A stretch of 63,507 nt of DNA, counting the filler, from Octopus bimaculoides (lineage: Eukaryota): NCBI RefSeq assembly GCF_001194135.2. It is 5 parts of 4 records of this genome, joined end to end, with 100 filler letters (N's around TTAATTAATTAA, not from the genome) between each part and the next. Parts side by side here need not be neighbours in the genome. Positions count along the whole stretch, not along the records: positions 27,790 to 44,201 come from NC_068982.1; positions 44,302 to 52,236 come from NC_068982.1; positions 52,337 to 60,398 come from NC_068984.1; 2 more parts are not named here. One strand, given 5' to 3'. Positions 41,618-53,490 of this stretch are shown here, piece by piece. Within the stretch, counting starts at the first letter, position 1; the number at the start of each line of letters is the position of its first letter. Position numbers and translations under genes: made by a program. Below the pieces are notes generated by a model. That model was not told where the DNA came from. It ran no database searches and saw nothing but the letters and a program-made list of their open reading frames with translations.

Positions 41618-43495
41618 ATATATATTGTATCATATGTTTTAACCAGAAGTATGCATATGCACATGCATATACGCTGGTACATATACAGGCATATATAAGA
41701 ATTCTCAAACACCGACGTGCGCACACGTACAACCACACACATTGACACACACACAGACGCCCACAGAGACACACGCACAAACACACACACACACACACAC
41801 ATACATATTTATATAGCACCACTAACACCATCGTCATCATCACTAATTTAAAATCAAAAACATAAACTACGATAAAACAGCCAACAACAACAACACCACA
41901 ACTAAAACCGCCACGACCATCGCCACCTCCACTTCCNNNNNNNNNNNNNNNNNNNNNNNNNNNNNNNNNNNNNNNNNNNNNNNNNNNNNNNNNNNNNNNN
42001 NNNNNNNNNNNNNNNNNNNNNNNNNNNNNNNNNNNNNNNNNNNNNNNNNNNNNNNNNNNNNNNNNNNNNNNNNNNNNNNNNNNNNNNNNNNNNNNNNNNN
42101 NNNNNNNNNNNNNNNNNNNNNNNNNNNNNNNNNNNNNNNNNNNNNNNNNNNNNNNNNNNNNNNNNNNNNNNNNNNNNNNNNNNNNNNNNNNNNNNNNNNN
42201 NNNNNNNNNNNNNNNNNNNNNNNNNNNNNNNNNNNNNNNNNNNNNNNNNNNNNNNNNNNNNNNNNNNNNNNNNNNNNNNNNNNNNNNNNNNNNNNNNNNN
42301 NNNNNNNNNNNNNNNNNNNNNNNNNNNNNNNNNNNNNNNNNNNNNNNNNNNNNNNNNNNNNNNNNNNNNNNNNNNNNNNNNNNNNNNNNNNNNNNNNNNN
42401 NNNNNNNNNNNNNNNNNNNNNNNNNNNNNNNNNNNNNNNNNNNNNNNNNNNNNNNNNNNNNNNNNNNNNNNNNNNNNNNNNNNNNNNNNNNNNNNNNNNN
42501 NNNNNNNNNNNNNNNNNNNTATATATATATATATATGTATGTATGCATACAATATACATATATGAATATATACGTATATAACTATATATATATAAATATA
42601 TATATGTATGTATATATGTGTACATGTGTAGGTATTTGTAAATATATATACATACATAGTTTATGATGTATCAATTTATAATCAACGGAAAGTATACGTG
42701 GTAAGAAATACGGGATAAGAAGACACTAGATATGATTAACTTCCTTCATCGTGTTTACCAGGAGCCTGATGGCTGTCGCTCTTACCTTCATTGTAATAAC
42801 ACTTTAATTCTATATGGAAACTTGCAAGATGATGAATATCCCAGGCATTGCTGTATGGCAAGAAGTTTGCTTGCCAACGACATGACTCCGTGTTCAGTCC
42901 CACTGCGTCGTAATCGAGAGGATAAGTTAATCCCAGGCAAACTCCTCTGCAAAATTTCATGCTGGAATCTTGCTTGCAAAGTGTTTGAATGACAGACAAT
43001 ATAAGAGTTGCACCTTTTGATTAACTATAAAATTATTGGATATAAGTCTGTAAATTATTATTAGAGCATCTCGCATGTATATCAAATGTTTTAAATCCTC
43101 GTTCGTATTGCTGGACGGCCGGCATTTATTTCATATTGCATATGCAATTTTTTGCAATAAATTTACAGCACATTCACTTTCTCAGAAATTCCACATTATA
43201 ATTTGATTCACAATCAGTTTACTTACGAATATCATTACAACAAAAGTTTGTCTATTTATTCAATATTATTTAATAGACATAGTGTTAAGTTTTCGCATTC
43301 AACCACTAGAAATTTAGCTGAAACTATTGCAGCCTAAAATAAACAGAACATTAGAGAATATCGAAATTCTAAATCTATAAATAATCATAGAACTGATATG
43401 TATAGTGAAAATAACGTTATTGATAATCATTTGGAGGAAGCTTTGGATTATATAATTGATCAAAACACTAATGATATAGTTAATCTTTTACCTTG

Positions 43496-43743
<248 letters not shown>

Positions 43744-44160
43744 ATTATATATGCATAAACCTTTTGCGAAAAATAGTTTAGTACAGTAAATAATTATTGT
43801 GTGCGAAGAAGTTTATGCACAATTTATTTTATCCCGAATGTCTTTTCTTCACGTAGGTGAAACTTATTTATATTTATGTTCTTCATTTATATATCGTTCC
43901 AGCTGCACTAAACGTTACAGTACCTAATACTCTTTTAAAGTAAACATAAGTAGCAGATTCTCGTGTGAATGGGCTGATCCCGAATTTATTTGTTAGTATT
44001 TGCATTTATTGATAATTTTTGGACGGTTGATTTTGTTTTCTAGTTTAATGTGAATTGGGAAATGTCCAGTTGAACACCCATATGAAATGACTGGATGTAT
44101 TTTTAGGGTTCATATATATTCTGTTTGTCTTTATTCTAATTCGACCCATACTGGATATAG

Positions 44161-44201
<41 letters not shown>

Positions 44202-44301
44202 NNNNNNNNNNNNNNNNNNNNNNNNNNNNNNNNNNNNNNNNNNNNTTAATTAATTAANNNNNNNNNNNNNNNNNNNNNNNNNNNNNNNNNNNNNNNNNNN
44301 N
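44202..44301. other. Synthetic assembly spacer N44-TTAATTAATTAA-N44
   Basis: Same 100-bp structure. Confidence 0.95.
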
Positions 44302-44379
44302 TATACACAAACATATTTACTTTTCGTAATGAGATAAAACAAACCAAGGGTCTGTAGATTTTAGAACATTTATAAATAG

Positions 44380-44427
44380 GTCTTACAGCTGTTTCCAGGA
44401 TATTTATTATATCCCTTCATCGGAGAC
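44380..44427 (-). ncRNA. Minimal hammerhead motif at PLE 3' end (U4C core variant)
   Basis: GTCT-CCGATGA-AGGGATAT-AATAA-ATATCCTG-GAAA-CAGCTG-TA-AGAC: 4-bp stem I, palindromic ACAGCTGT, GUA triplet. Confidence 0.65.
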
Positions 44428-45125
44428 GGTGTGAGAGAATGGTAAAGCAATAGTTAATTTAGATAAGATGTGAAGTAGAAAGTGAATTGGAGGAAGGAAA
44501 ACAGATGCGAGCTATGCAGTGATATTGTATTTGTAAGTCCATTATTTAGGCAGAATGGTATACATATATGATTCCAATACCTTATGAGAAAAATCCAATA
44601 GTCCTTAAAATTGGTCATTCAGAGTATAGAGTTTGTACACAGTGTTATTGAATCAAGGGTTTTATTTAAAGTGACCTAAAAGTAGAGAATGTATTAGTAA
44701 GGTGAAATCGAAAACAGGATGAGACGAATAAAGAAAGAGAAGAAAAAAAGAAAGAAGAAAAACGAAGAAAAGAAGAAGGGGAAGAGAAGGAGAAGAAAAA
44801 AGGAAGAAGAAAAATAATATAAAGGAATAAAGAAAAAAGAAAAGAAAAATGAAAACAAAGATAGAGATAAGGGAAAGTGTACCAGATAGTGGTCAGTCGA
44901 TATAGTTTGAAAGTATGAATGGGGAGATAGAGAGAGAGTATTAGGGTGTAGAAAGATAGAAGGAATGGGAGATAATGGCGATATAGGTGTAAAACGTAAA
45001 GGAGTGTCAAATGTGTGGTGATAGAGTTTAAGTGATGAGGCAGAGAGAGAGTGGTAGTAGTATGGAATGAAGAATTTAGGAATTGGACAGGACGATGCTA
45101 GAAGTAGAAGAAAATATATGTGAAG

Positions 45126-45420
45126 ATGTATACATATGCATATATTAGACATGCATATATTTATTTATTTATACAGATATTTATACATATCAACATCCAG
45201 ATGTATACATATGCATATATTAGACATGTATATAAGTATTTATTTATACAAATATTTATACATATCAACATCCAGATGTATACATATGCATATATTAGAC
45301 ATGTATATATGTATTTATTTATACAGATATTTATACATACCAACATCCAGATGTATACATATGCATATATTAGACATGTATATATGTATTTATTTATACA
45401 GATATTTATACATACCAACC
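45126..45420. repeat. 75-bp minisatellite, about 4 copies
   Basis: Units start at 45126, 45201, 45276 and 45351. Confidence 0.92.
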
Positions 45421-46639
45421 TCCACACATACAACTCGTACTCATATGTATATGCACACATGGGCACCCACATATACGTGTATCTGTATGTAATATTGCCC
45501 CAGTATATGCAGGTATATATACCTTGCATACATACATACATTCATACACACATACATACATACACACATACATACATACATTCACACATACAGACTTACA
45601 TACATACACGCATAAAAACACACATACATATACACGCACATACGCATGGATGCACATACACACACAAATACTTAGATGGTTGTGAAATTGGAGTATGAGT
45701 TAGGGATTAGATAGGGATTAGGAGTTAAAATGTAGATTTATAAAGTTATTGGGATCACCTAAGGGGTATTGTGGAAGTGTACTGTATGGTCGTTTAGGCA
45801 TTTGGATTTGTGGTAGAATCTGAATATGTGAAAAAAGCGGTGGTTACATGTTCTTAGTGCCTCATTATGTTTATTTAGCAGTACTGGAGAGTTGTGTTTT
45901 AATGTGTGAAGTGCCTCCTTCAGGCAAAGTTTGCTGGTTGAGCGTTGACCTCAGTATGGAAGCCCTCAGTCCAGTATGGACCATATGTGGTGGCCGAGTG
46001 TTGTAGATTTACTATGTTTATCGTATTTAAAGGAGTAGAGGTGAGCGGCATATCGTCGCTTAAAATATTTGGTTGATCCTATGTATATGGCTGAAGAGTT
46101 GTGTAATAGATTAAGGACCATGCATTTGCAAATTACATTATATCTTCTGCAATGGGTTTGTAACGGCCAGATTGTTCCAGGATGACAATTGCAATTAGGT
46201 GAGTTATGGGGAGTGTGCTCAGTAATAGGGGAGGTAGTATCGCCGGAAGAGAGGTTATAGAAGTAGGGTAGGAGATTCTACATTATTAGTATTATTAACG
46301 TTATCATTACCAACATTGCTATTATTACTATTGTTGTTATTAATAGCGCTATTTGTAAGGGCGGTAGGGGTTGTGGTGGTGTTCCGGGCAGTGTCAGTAT
46401 GATTGGTTGGGTTGTGGTTGTGGTCTAATATAGAGGTATCTGTGCTGGAGCTGTACGTGTGTTGAATGTTCGTATGACTAGAGTTGTAGTTATGTGAGTT
46501 TTGATAGTAAAGAGAGAATTATTGCTTATTAGAGGCTGCTACAATAGATTCGAAGTTGGGTAAATCCTTCTTTAAAATACTAGACACTAACTTCCCTCAA
46601 CAACATAAATATCATTCTATGTTTAATCGGTCCCCCTGA

Positions 46640-47275
46640 AACTATATTATTCTACCTCTCCCAACTCTCCTTTCTGGTTTTGAGACGCCTAATATCCCCA
46701 GATTGGTATTTAGGTAGTGTGCTGCATGTCCCAGGGCCCCAATAATTACAGGCACATACCCGAACTTGTAATCTGGATAGATTAACTGCATATTTCTCAA
46801 TAGTTCAGCGTAGATATTCTCTTTTTCACTGATTTTCAGCTTTGTGTTAACATCCGCCGGGCAACTAATTTCCACAACTGTACACAGTTTCTCTCCTCTG
46901 TCCGAAATCATTATAGCAGTTCGGTTGTGCTTACATTTTATTGAGGTCTTCACTGGTACATTCCACCAGTACTCCTTTTTAATGTGAGTGACTATGGCTC
47001 CTGCCATACTGTGGGCCCGTATTTCTTTGTCCTCATGCCTATCCTTCCGACGGATTTCATTATAGAGTGTCGTAGCTACAATATCATGTATTATCGGTAG
47101 ATAAAACCGTGACGACATTTCCGGACATCTACTTACGATATGGATGTTATCTTCGCTGTTAACTCCACAAATCTGCATCAGTTATCACATTTTACTGGTT
47201 TTCCTGCATCTCTGCCACCTTTGTGCATCTGGTAATTGATTGAAATTTCCTGTTTGGAGATTGCAAAAGCATATG
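46640..47275 (-). mobile_element. R4-type RLE LINE C-terminal fragment (CCHC knuckle plus endonuclease), a different family from the 60-62 kb copies
   Basis: ORF 47178->46642: CGVNSEDNIHIVSRCPEM...KHNRTAIMISDRGEKLCTVVEISCPADVN...YVPVIIGALG. Confidence 0.85.
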
Positions 47276-47559
47276 TATGTATATATGTTTGCGTGTATAT
47301 GTGTGTCTTTGCGTGAGTGTGCGTGCGCGTGCGTGTGTGTCTGTCTGTATTCGCACGTGCACGTGTGTACGTGTGTGCACTCCTCATAGGCGTCTGGCTT
47401 AGTGTTTAGTGTGTTGCGCTCGTATTTGTAAATTTGCAATTTGGCTTCGAGGACCTGGTCGATGTATTACGTTATTTAGCAAAGCGCTTTATTTTACATT
47501 GTTCCAGTTCAACTAAATGGCAAAAATCAGAAATCTGTAGACGGGTCAGTATCCTGTCT

Positions 47560-48580
47560 GATGGCGAAGATGTGCGCCATAGAACCCAGCAATCATATGA
47601 CCCGTGAAGGAAATATATATTTACCTGCACTTCTCTGTATATCGATCAAACGGGACGCTGCTTGTCTGACCGGTTCGCGGAGCCATTAGACTCGGAAATG
47701 ACACTCCCGGTCTTATGCCATTTCGCTCTACATGTCATTCATTACAACACCTGTCTCTGTGTTCGGATTGTCTTTGCACAGGGGCCATGCGGACTCCCGC
47801 TTTCGTCGTGCATAGGTATCAATCTTCTCTCATTACTCCTTTGTGCCACATGGGTTCAACTCACCTCTCTTCTTTCTCTGACTCGCCTCCTCTCTTCTCT
47901 TCATCTAACACATATTTCCTTCTCTTCACTCCTACCCACCTTCTCTCTTCTTTGATATCCTTCTTCATCCACCCTACCCAGACCCCTCCATCCCAAATAT
48001 TCACTCGCATCCTCACCCCGAATCTAAACACCACTCTTACATCGCCACACTCCACCCTCACATTCCCACACCCCAACACCGCCATACCACAGCACACCGA
48101 CCCACACCACTACACATACATTAGGACTGAGCACTTCCTAGTACGCACACAACAGAACATCATCTGAACGCCCACACACCAACATCCGCACATCCACACA
48201 CCATCATCCACACGCCCACACGTTACAGATGCACATACGTACATACGCACACAACCACACGTCAAAGTCACTAGCACCTATCCATACATACACACACTCT
48301 CTCATAGACACGCACGCACTCGCACCTTTGTTTTGTATCACCAGTAATTTATTATCTCGCATTTGTCCTAGCTTTCCTGTCCTACTGCCTATTTCCAACC
48401 AGTCACCATGATTGATCGCTAAATCCACAAATTCTTTATTCTTTCTGTATATTTTCTCATGTTCCTTTCTTTTGAAGAGCGTAGGCTCGAAACGTAAAGG
48501 ACTTTCGCTCTTTCCCGAGCGTCAAACTAATACACCTGCTTGTTGTTTATACACCTGTCTTCGTCTTTTGTTTCTCTGTA
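47560..48580 (+). mobile_element. Penelope-like 3' fragment (GIY-YIG end plus terminal repeat with hammerhead relic at 48464-48500)
   Basis: SLYIDQTGRCLSDRFAE and, after frameshifts, FGLSLHRGHADSRFRRA*VSIFSHYSFVPHGFNSP. The terminal region is homologous to 36150-36370. Confidence 0.75.
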
Positions 48581-48589
48581 TATATATAT

Positions 48590-51500
48590 ATATTGATAAG
48601 GTTCTCTTTTTCAAGATGAACCGAAACATATAAAATATCTCTGAGAAGATTAAAAATTAAAATTTATTTTCTTTCTTATAAATATATACCCACTCGTATG
48701 CCACCTACACTTTTTATCAATATCATATTACGTACGAGCTTCCGAAAATGGCAACTAAAACAGACACCAACATCATCTCTATAAATGAAAAGATACTAAA
48801 AGAACTGAAGAGCATAAACTCAAACATAATAACAGTCTTAAACAAACTCAACTCAACACCCCGTGCTTCTACACAAAATAAGGAAGAAACCGAAACGAAG
48901 AAAACACCCTCTGAAATGTACGAGAACCTTGGAAATCTATGCGATACATTGAAGACATTTTTTACAATGGTTACAAAACAAGGGCAACAAAACGAGGGAC
49001 CATATGGGAGGGACGCAATAACATCAACATCACAAATAAAGAACCAAGTCTTACCACAATGGAGAAAACTACAGCGAAACAGAAAATTCGCATTTTGGAA
49101 AATGATACGAAATCAGAAAAAAAGGAGAGACTCTCGGAATGTGGCTCTACTCAACACACGTAATCATACCCAGCAAATTACAAATAAAACCCATCCTGGA
49201 AGAACCAGAAGCATAAAGAAGACTTAGAGAAAAAAATGTCATTAGAAAAAAGGAAGATGGAAATTGAACTACTAAAACTGAGAGCTAAGACGTATGAAGG
49301 AAAAAAGTAAAACAATAGATGAAGAAATCAAAGAAGACGTCAACAAACTAACAGACGGCATCAATACTGAAACAATACTTAAATTATGGAAAGAAGAATG
49401 TGAAAATGAGGAACTAAAGTCCCTCCAACGATGGGAAAAGAGCGCCAACTGGTTCTTGGATTATGAAACCAACTTCGAAACTGAACACATATCCAACAAC
49501 CCCTTCATATAATTAAGAAAAATAAAACCGCATACCAACACAACGGAGCAGCCACCAAGAAATCTAAATACACTCCCTACCAGAGAAAGACATTTAAAAT
49601 GCACCCACACTAACTTAACCAACCCCCAAACACCTACAGGGACCCACCACACCATTTCAAGAACCACAGACATGCAAAACACAATTCTGTGGACTACAAT
49701 CTACATAAACCAACTAAGACTCAACTACCGAAACCCTACTCTAGGAACCAACCATACAACCTTACCAAATAGCAAACACANNNNNNNNNNCCAACTAAGA
49801 CTCAACTACCGAAACCCTACTCTAGGAACCAACCATACAACCTTACCAAACAGCAAACACACTACAGAAGAAGCAACTACCAAACACAATATACCTGATA
49901 CACTAAGCCGGAACACGTGGTTCAAAAGCACACTACAAAATAGAGCACTACAAACCCACTTTAAAAATTACAACAACAGGAGACAGATAAACAGTACTTT
50001 TGAACATAGCAACACCAACCATTTTTTTAGACCTAACATACAGGAACTGGGATACACGATGGCAACGGACAAACAAAAGAAACCACAGGTAATTAAAATA
50101 GTCAATCTCTGAAATAAAGACCTTAAACATAACGAAATAAGCATACTAACCAACGGACTTAAATTTACCCCAACCCCACAACGTCGAAATTACTATGAAA
50201 TGAAAGACGATATTTCGGAATTTTGTAGGAAATTAAGACTTGCCCAGGAATTTCATGGAAAACACATGGATGATGAATGAATCGATAGCTAGAAACTATA
50301 CCCCTACCAAGGAACACAATAAAGCCTTAGACCGCTTTTGTGACCACATAACCAAGTTCCCTTTTCAACTCACAAACAGGCAAAAATAAAGACCAAACTT
50401 TAACAAAAGAGAATGGAATGACCTCATCAAACTAAGGGAAGATAAAACCATAACGATCAAGGAGGCAGATAAGGGCAAGACGGTAGGTTTAATGAACAGA
50501 AATGATTATAAAAAATTTAGTACTATCCCTATTAGGAGATGAGGCATATTACGAAAGGGCCCAACATTATAATCAACCAAAAGTAATGAATAAACTCAGG
50601 ATCAACTCATACTGAGAAAGACTCACAGACAAGGAGTACGATTACATCACCAACTTCAAGTGCAAGTCAAATTTATTCTACGGCATCCCTAAAGTCCTCA
50701 AAAGCAAAATAATTAGTGAAGCATGTAAAAAAAACTTCTGATATAATAATCAAAATCCCCTCACCGAATGATCTAAAACTTAGACCGATGATAGCAGGCC
50801 CAGCATGCGAAACTCACCGCCTCAGCAATTTCTTAGACACACTTCTAAAACCTTTCCTTAAGCATATCAAAAGCTACATAAGAGACGATATAGACATGCT
50901 TAGCCACCTCCCAAAAACAGTCAGTGAGAAAGCCCTACTAGTATCCTTCGATGTAGTCAACCTTTATTCAAACGTTCCCCACACCTTGGGGATAGCAGCG
51001 ATCACTTTCTGGTTAAACAACTACTCCTTTGAACTTCCAACTCGCATAAATAAAGAACTTGTAATAGAAGGACTAAGATTTATTTTAGAAAACAATTACT
51101 TTATATTTAATAATGACTACTACAGACAAAGATCGGGAACAGCCATATATCCACCTGTATCCAGAACAACTGGAAAAAATACTTCGACGACTGCTTCCTC
51201 CTCTGGGATGAAAGCATAGAAGAACTTGAGGAATCTAAAATACTACTAAATGGAATTAATGAAAACATCCAATTCACGATAGAACATAACCAGGAAAAAC
51301 TACCATTTGTAGATATCCTCATTAGGAAAGTCGGCAACAAAATAGAGGCGGACATCTATTATAAACCGACAGACTCAAAGCAGTACCTACCATGACTCAT
51401 GCCACCCAAGATACACAAGAATGAATATCCATTTCTGTTTAACCAAAAGGATTTGCACCATAGTATCAGACACAAGCACTTGATACACACACGCCTCCAG

Positions 51501-52236
51501 GAACTCAGAACTACACTCATAAACAGGAATTATCAACAACACCTAATAGACAATACAATCCGACGAGCACTTAAATTAAATATAAAAGATCTGAGACAAC
51601 CAAAGCCAAAAAGGATGAAAAATTAGAAACCCTACTCTACATCTCTACACACAACCCACTTAACAATGAGGCCTTCAACACCATACTCCAAAGCACAGCC
51701 CTACTCAAGGGAGACCCAAAGATGAACCGAATCCTCCAAACATACACCATCATAAAAAGTAAACGGCAACCAAAATCCTTAAAGAAGATTTTAACCCAGG
51801 CTAAACTGCACCCAATACCAACCAGCAGTTAAAAAGTATGGAAGGCCCAACGGTGGGATCTGTATCATCTTACTAGAAGGTTCGGAATACACATTAGAAC
51901 AAGGCCATCACTTCCTCATCAGAACAAACTTCACCTGTGCATCGGAAAACTTAATTCAAGTGATAACATGCGCAGGGTGCAATAGGAAATATATAGGCCA
52001 TACAAAAAACAGCCGACGAAAAAGAATGGCAGTACATAAATCTCAAATTAGGAATCCTGAATACAGGAAAATACCTGTCAGCGGCCACATAGACAGATGT
52101 GTATAGAATAAAAATACAAAGTTTGCAACCTTCCCACTTTACCAATTCCATAACAACGCAACCTTCACTCAACGTCATAACAAAGAGCTTCATTTTATTA
52201 GAAAATTTGAACCAAGTTTAAACACCCTGGGCCAGG
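48590..52236 (+). mobile_element. Near full-length decayed Penelope-like element, probably Neptune-type (N-terminal region, RT, thumb, GIY-YIG)
   Basis: ILTNGLKFTPTP, IKEADKG, FYGIPKV, LRPMIAG, LVSFDVVNLYSNVP, YYRQRSGTA, YFDD (51180-51191), LPFVDILI, IYYKPTDSKQYL, NLIQVITCAGCNRKYIG and ELHFIRKFEPSLN. Many frameshifts and a deletion after GTA. Confidence 0.92.
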
Positions 52237-52336
52237 NNNNNNNNNNNNNNNNNNNNNNNNNNNNNNNNNNNNNNNNNNNNTTAATTAATTAANNNNNNNN
52301 NNNNNNNNNNNNNNNNNNNNNNNNNNNNNNNNNNNN
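52237..52336. other. Synthetic assembly spacer N44-TTAATTAATTAA-N44
   Basis: Same 100-bp structure. Confidence 0.95.
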
Positions 52337-52561
52337 AGAAAATTATTCCGCACATACAATAACAGCCATACCAACAATCCAACTTACCTTCATCTTCAGC
52401 TGCTCCCACAGATATCAGTATGGTTTCGACACCTGGGTAGTACCATTTAATCCGGTGGTGTCAACAGCACTAAAACAAGTGTTGTTTGGGAACAAACATA
52501 CCTTAGATATCACGACATTCATTCAATCTTATTTATCGGTAAATAAATTCAATATGTTTAT

Positions 52562-52765
52562 ATTTGTGTCTGTGTTTGTCCTCCCAACATCGCTTGACAA
52601 TAGATGTCGGTGTGTTTACGTCCCCGTAACCTAGTGGTTCGGCAAAAAAGATCGATAGAATAAGTACTAGGTTTACAAAGAATAAGTCCTGCGGTCGATT
52701 TGTTCGACTAAAGGGCAGTACACCAGTATGGCCACAGTCAAAATGACCGAAATAAGTAAAAGAAC
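52562..52765 (+). mobile_element. SINE family A 3' half
   Basis: Matches 14930-15120. Confidence 0.8.
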
Positions 52766-53185
52766 AAAAGAATAAAAGAATGGGCCCCCGAAGGGTCATA
52801 TGGGCCCCGGTTAAGAAGCATTGATTTAAATGAAAGAAACGGCAAATAGACAGCTCTGTCATACTTTCCTTTCCAAAATACTCAAATAGACAAAATTTCA
52901 ATTTCTCGCCTACCTCCTCCCCTTTCTCTATTGATGTTCCAGTTTCTTTCTTCATCTCAATGCTCAGGCACAGATGGGCGAGAGAAGGATACAAACAAGT
53001 AAATAAAGCGGGGCAGAGTAAGGCTAAAGTCTATAATGCATAGATAATGCAGCTGTTGAGAGACGACCTGTTTCCCCCTTACAAAAGAGCAAGTAATTCG
53101 AAGCCACGTGTCAGAAGCGCCGTCGCCCTGCGGCGGTTGTCTTTATGGAAGATGTTGAAATGTGAGGTGGAAATACAGGACAAAG

Positions 53186-53247
<62 letters not shown>

Positions 53248-53325
53248 GGAGGGGCTGTATATTGATGAATAGAAGAGTTGTAGCACAGTAGAGAAATAAG
53301 GATAACATTAAGATAGACAGGTGTA

Positions 53326-53328
<3 letters not shown>

Positions 53329-53356
<28 letters not shown>

Positions 53357-53490
53357 CATACATACATACATACATACATACATACATACATAGTGAGAGT
53401 GAGCGTGTGAAGAAGAAGAAGAAGAAGAAGAAGAAGAAGAAGAAGAAGAAGAAGAAGAAGAAGAAGAAGAAGAAGAAGAAGAAGAAGAAG
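53329..53490. repeat. (CATA)n and (GAA)n microsatellites
   Basis: Directly visible. Confidence 0.95.

Larger units (their letters stand above)
44302..46600 (-). mobile_element. 5'-truncated Penelope-like element (GIY-YIG relic 46199->45759, long 3' region)
   Basis: PNFESIVAASNK linker, then PNCNCHPGTIWPLQTHCRRYNVICKC...AIYIGSTKYFKRRYAAHLYSF...TTLGHHIW and KLCLKEAL...LLNKHNEALRTCNH, with two in-frame stops. Confidence 0.8.

Noticed and set aside
49711-49861. 71-bp direct repeat inside the PLE
   Set aside because: The two copies flank a 10-N gap, typical of unmerged overlapping contig ends.
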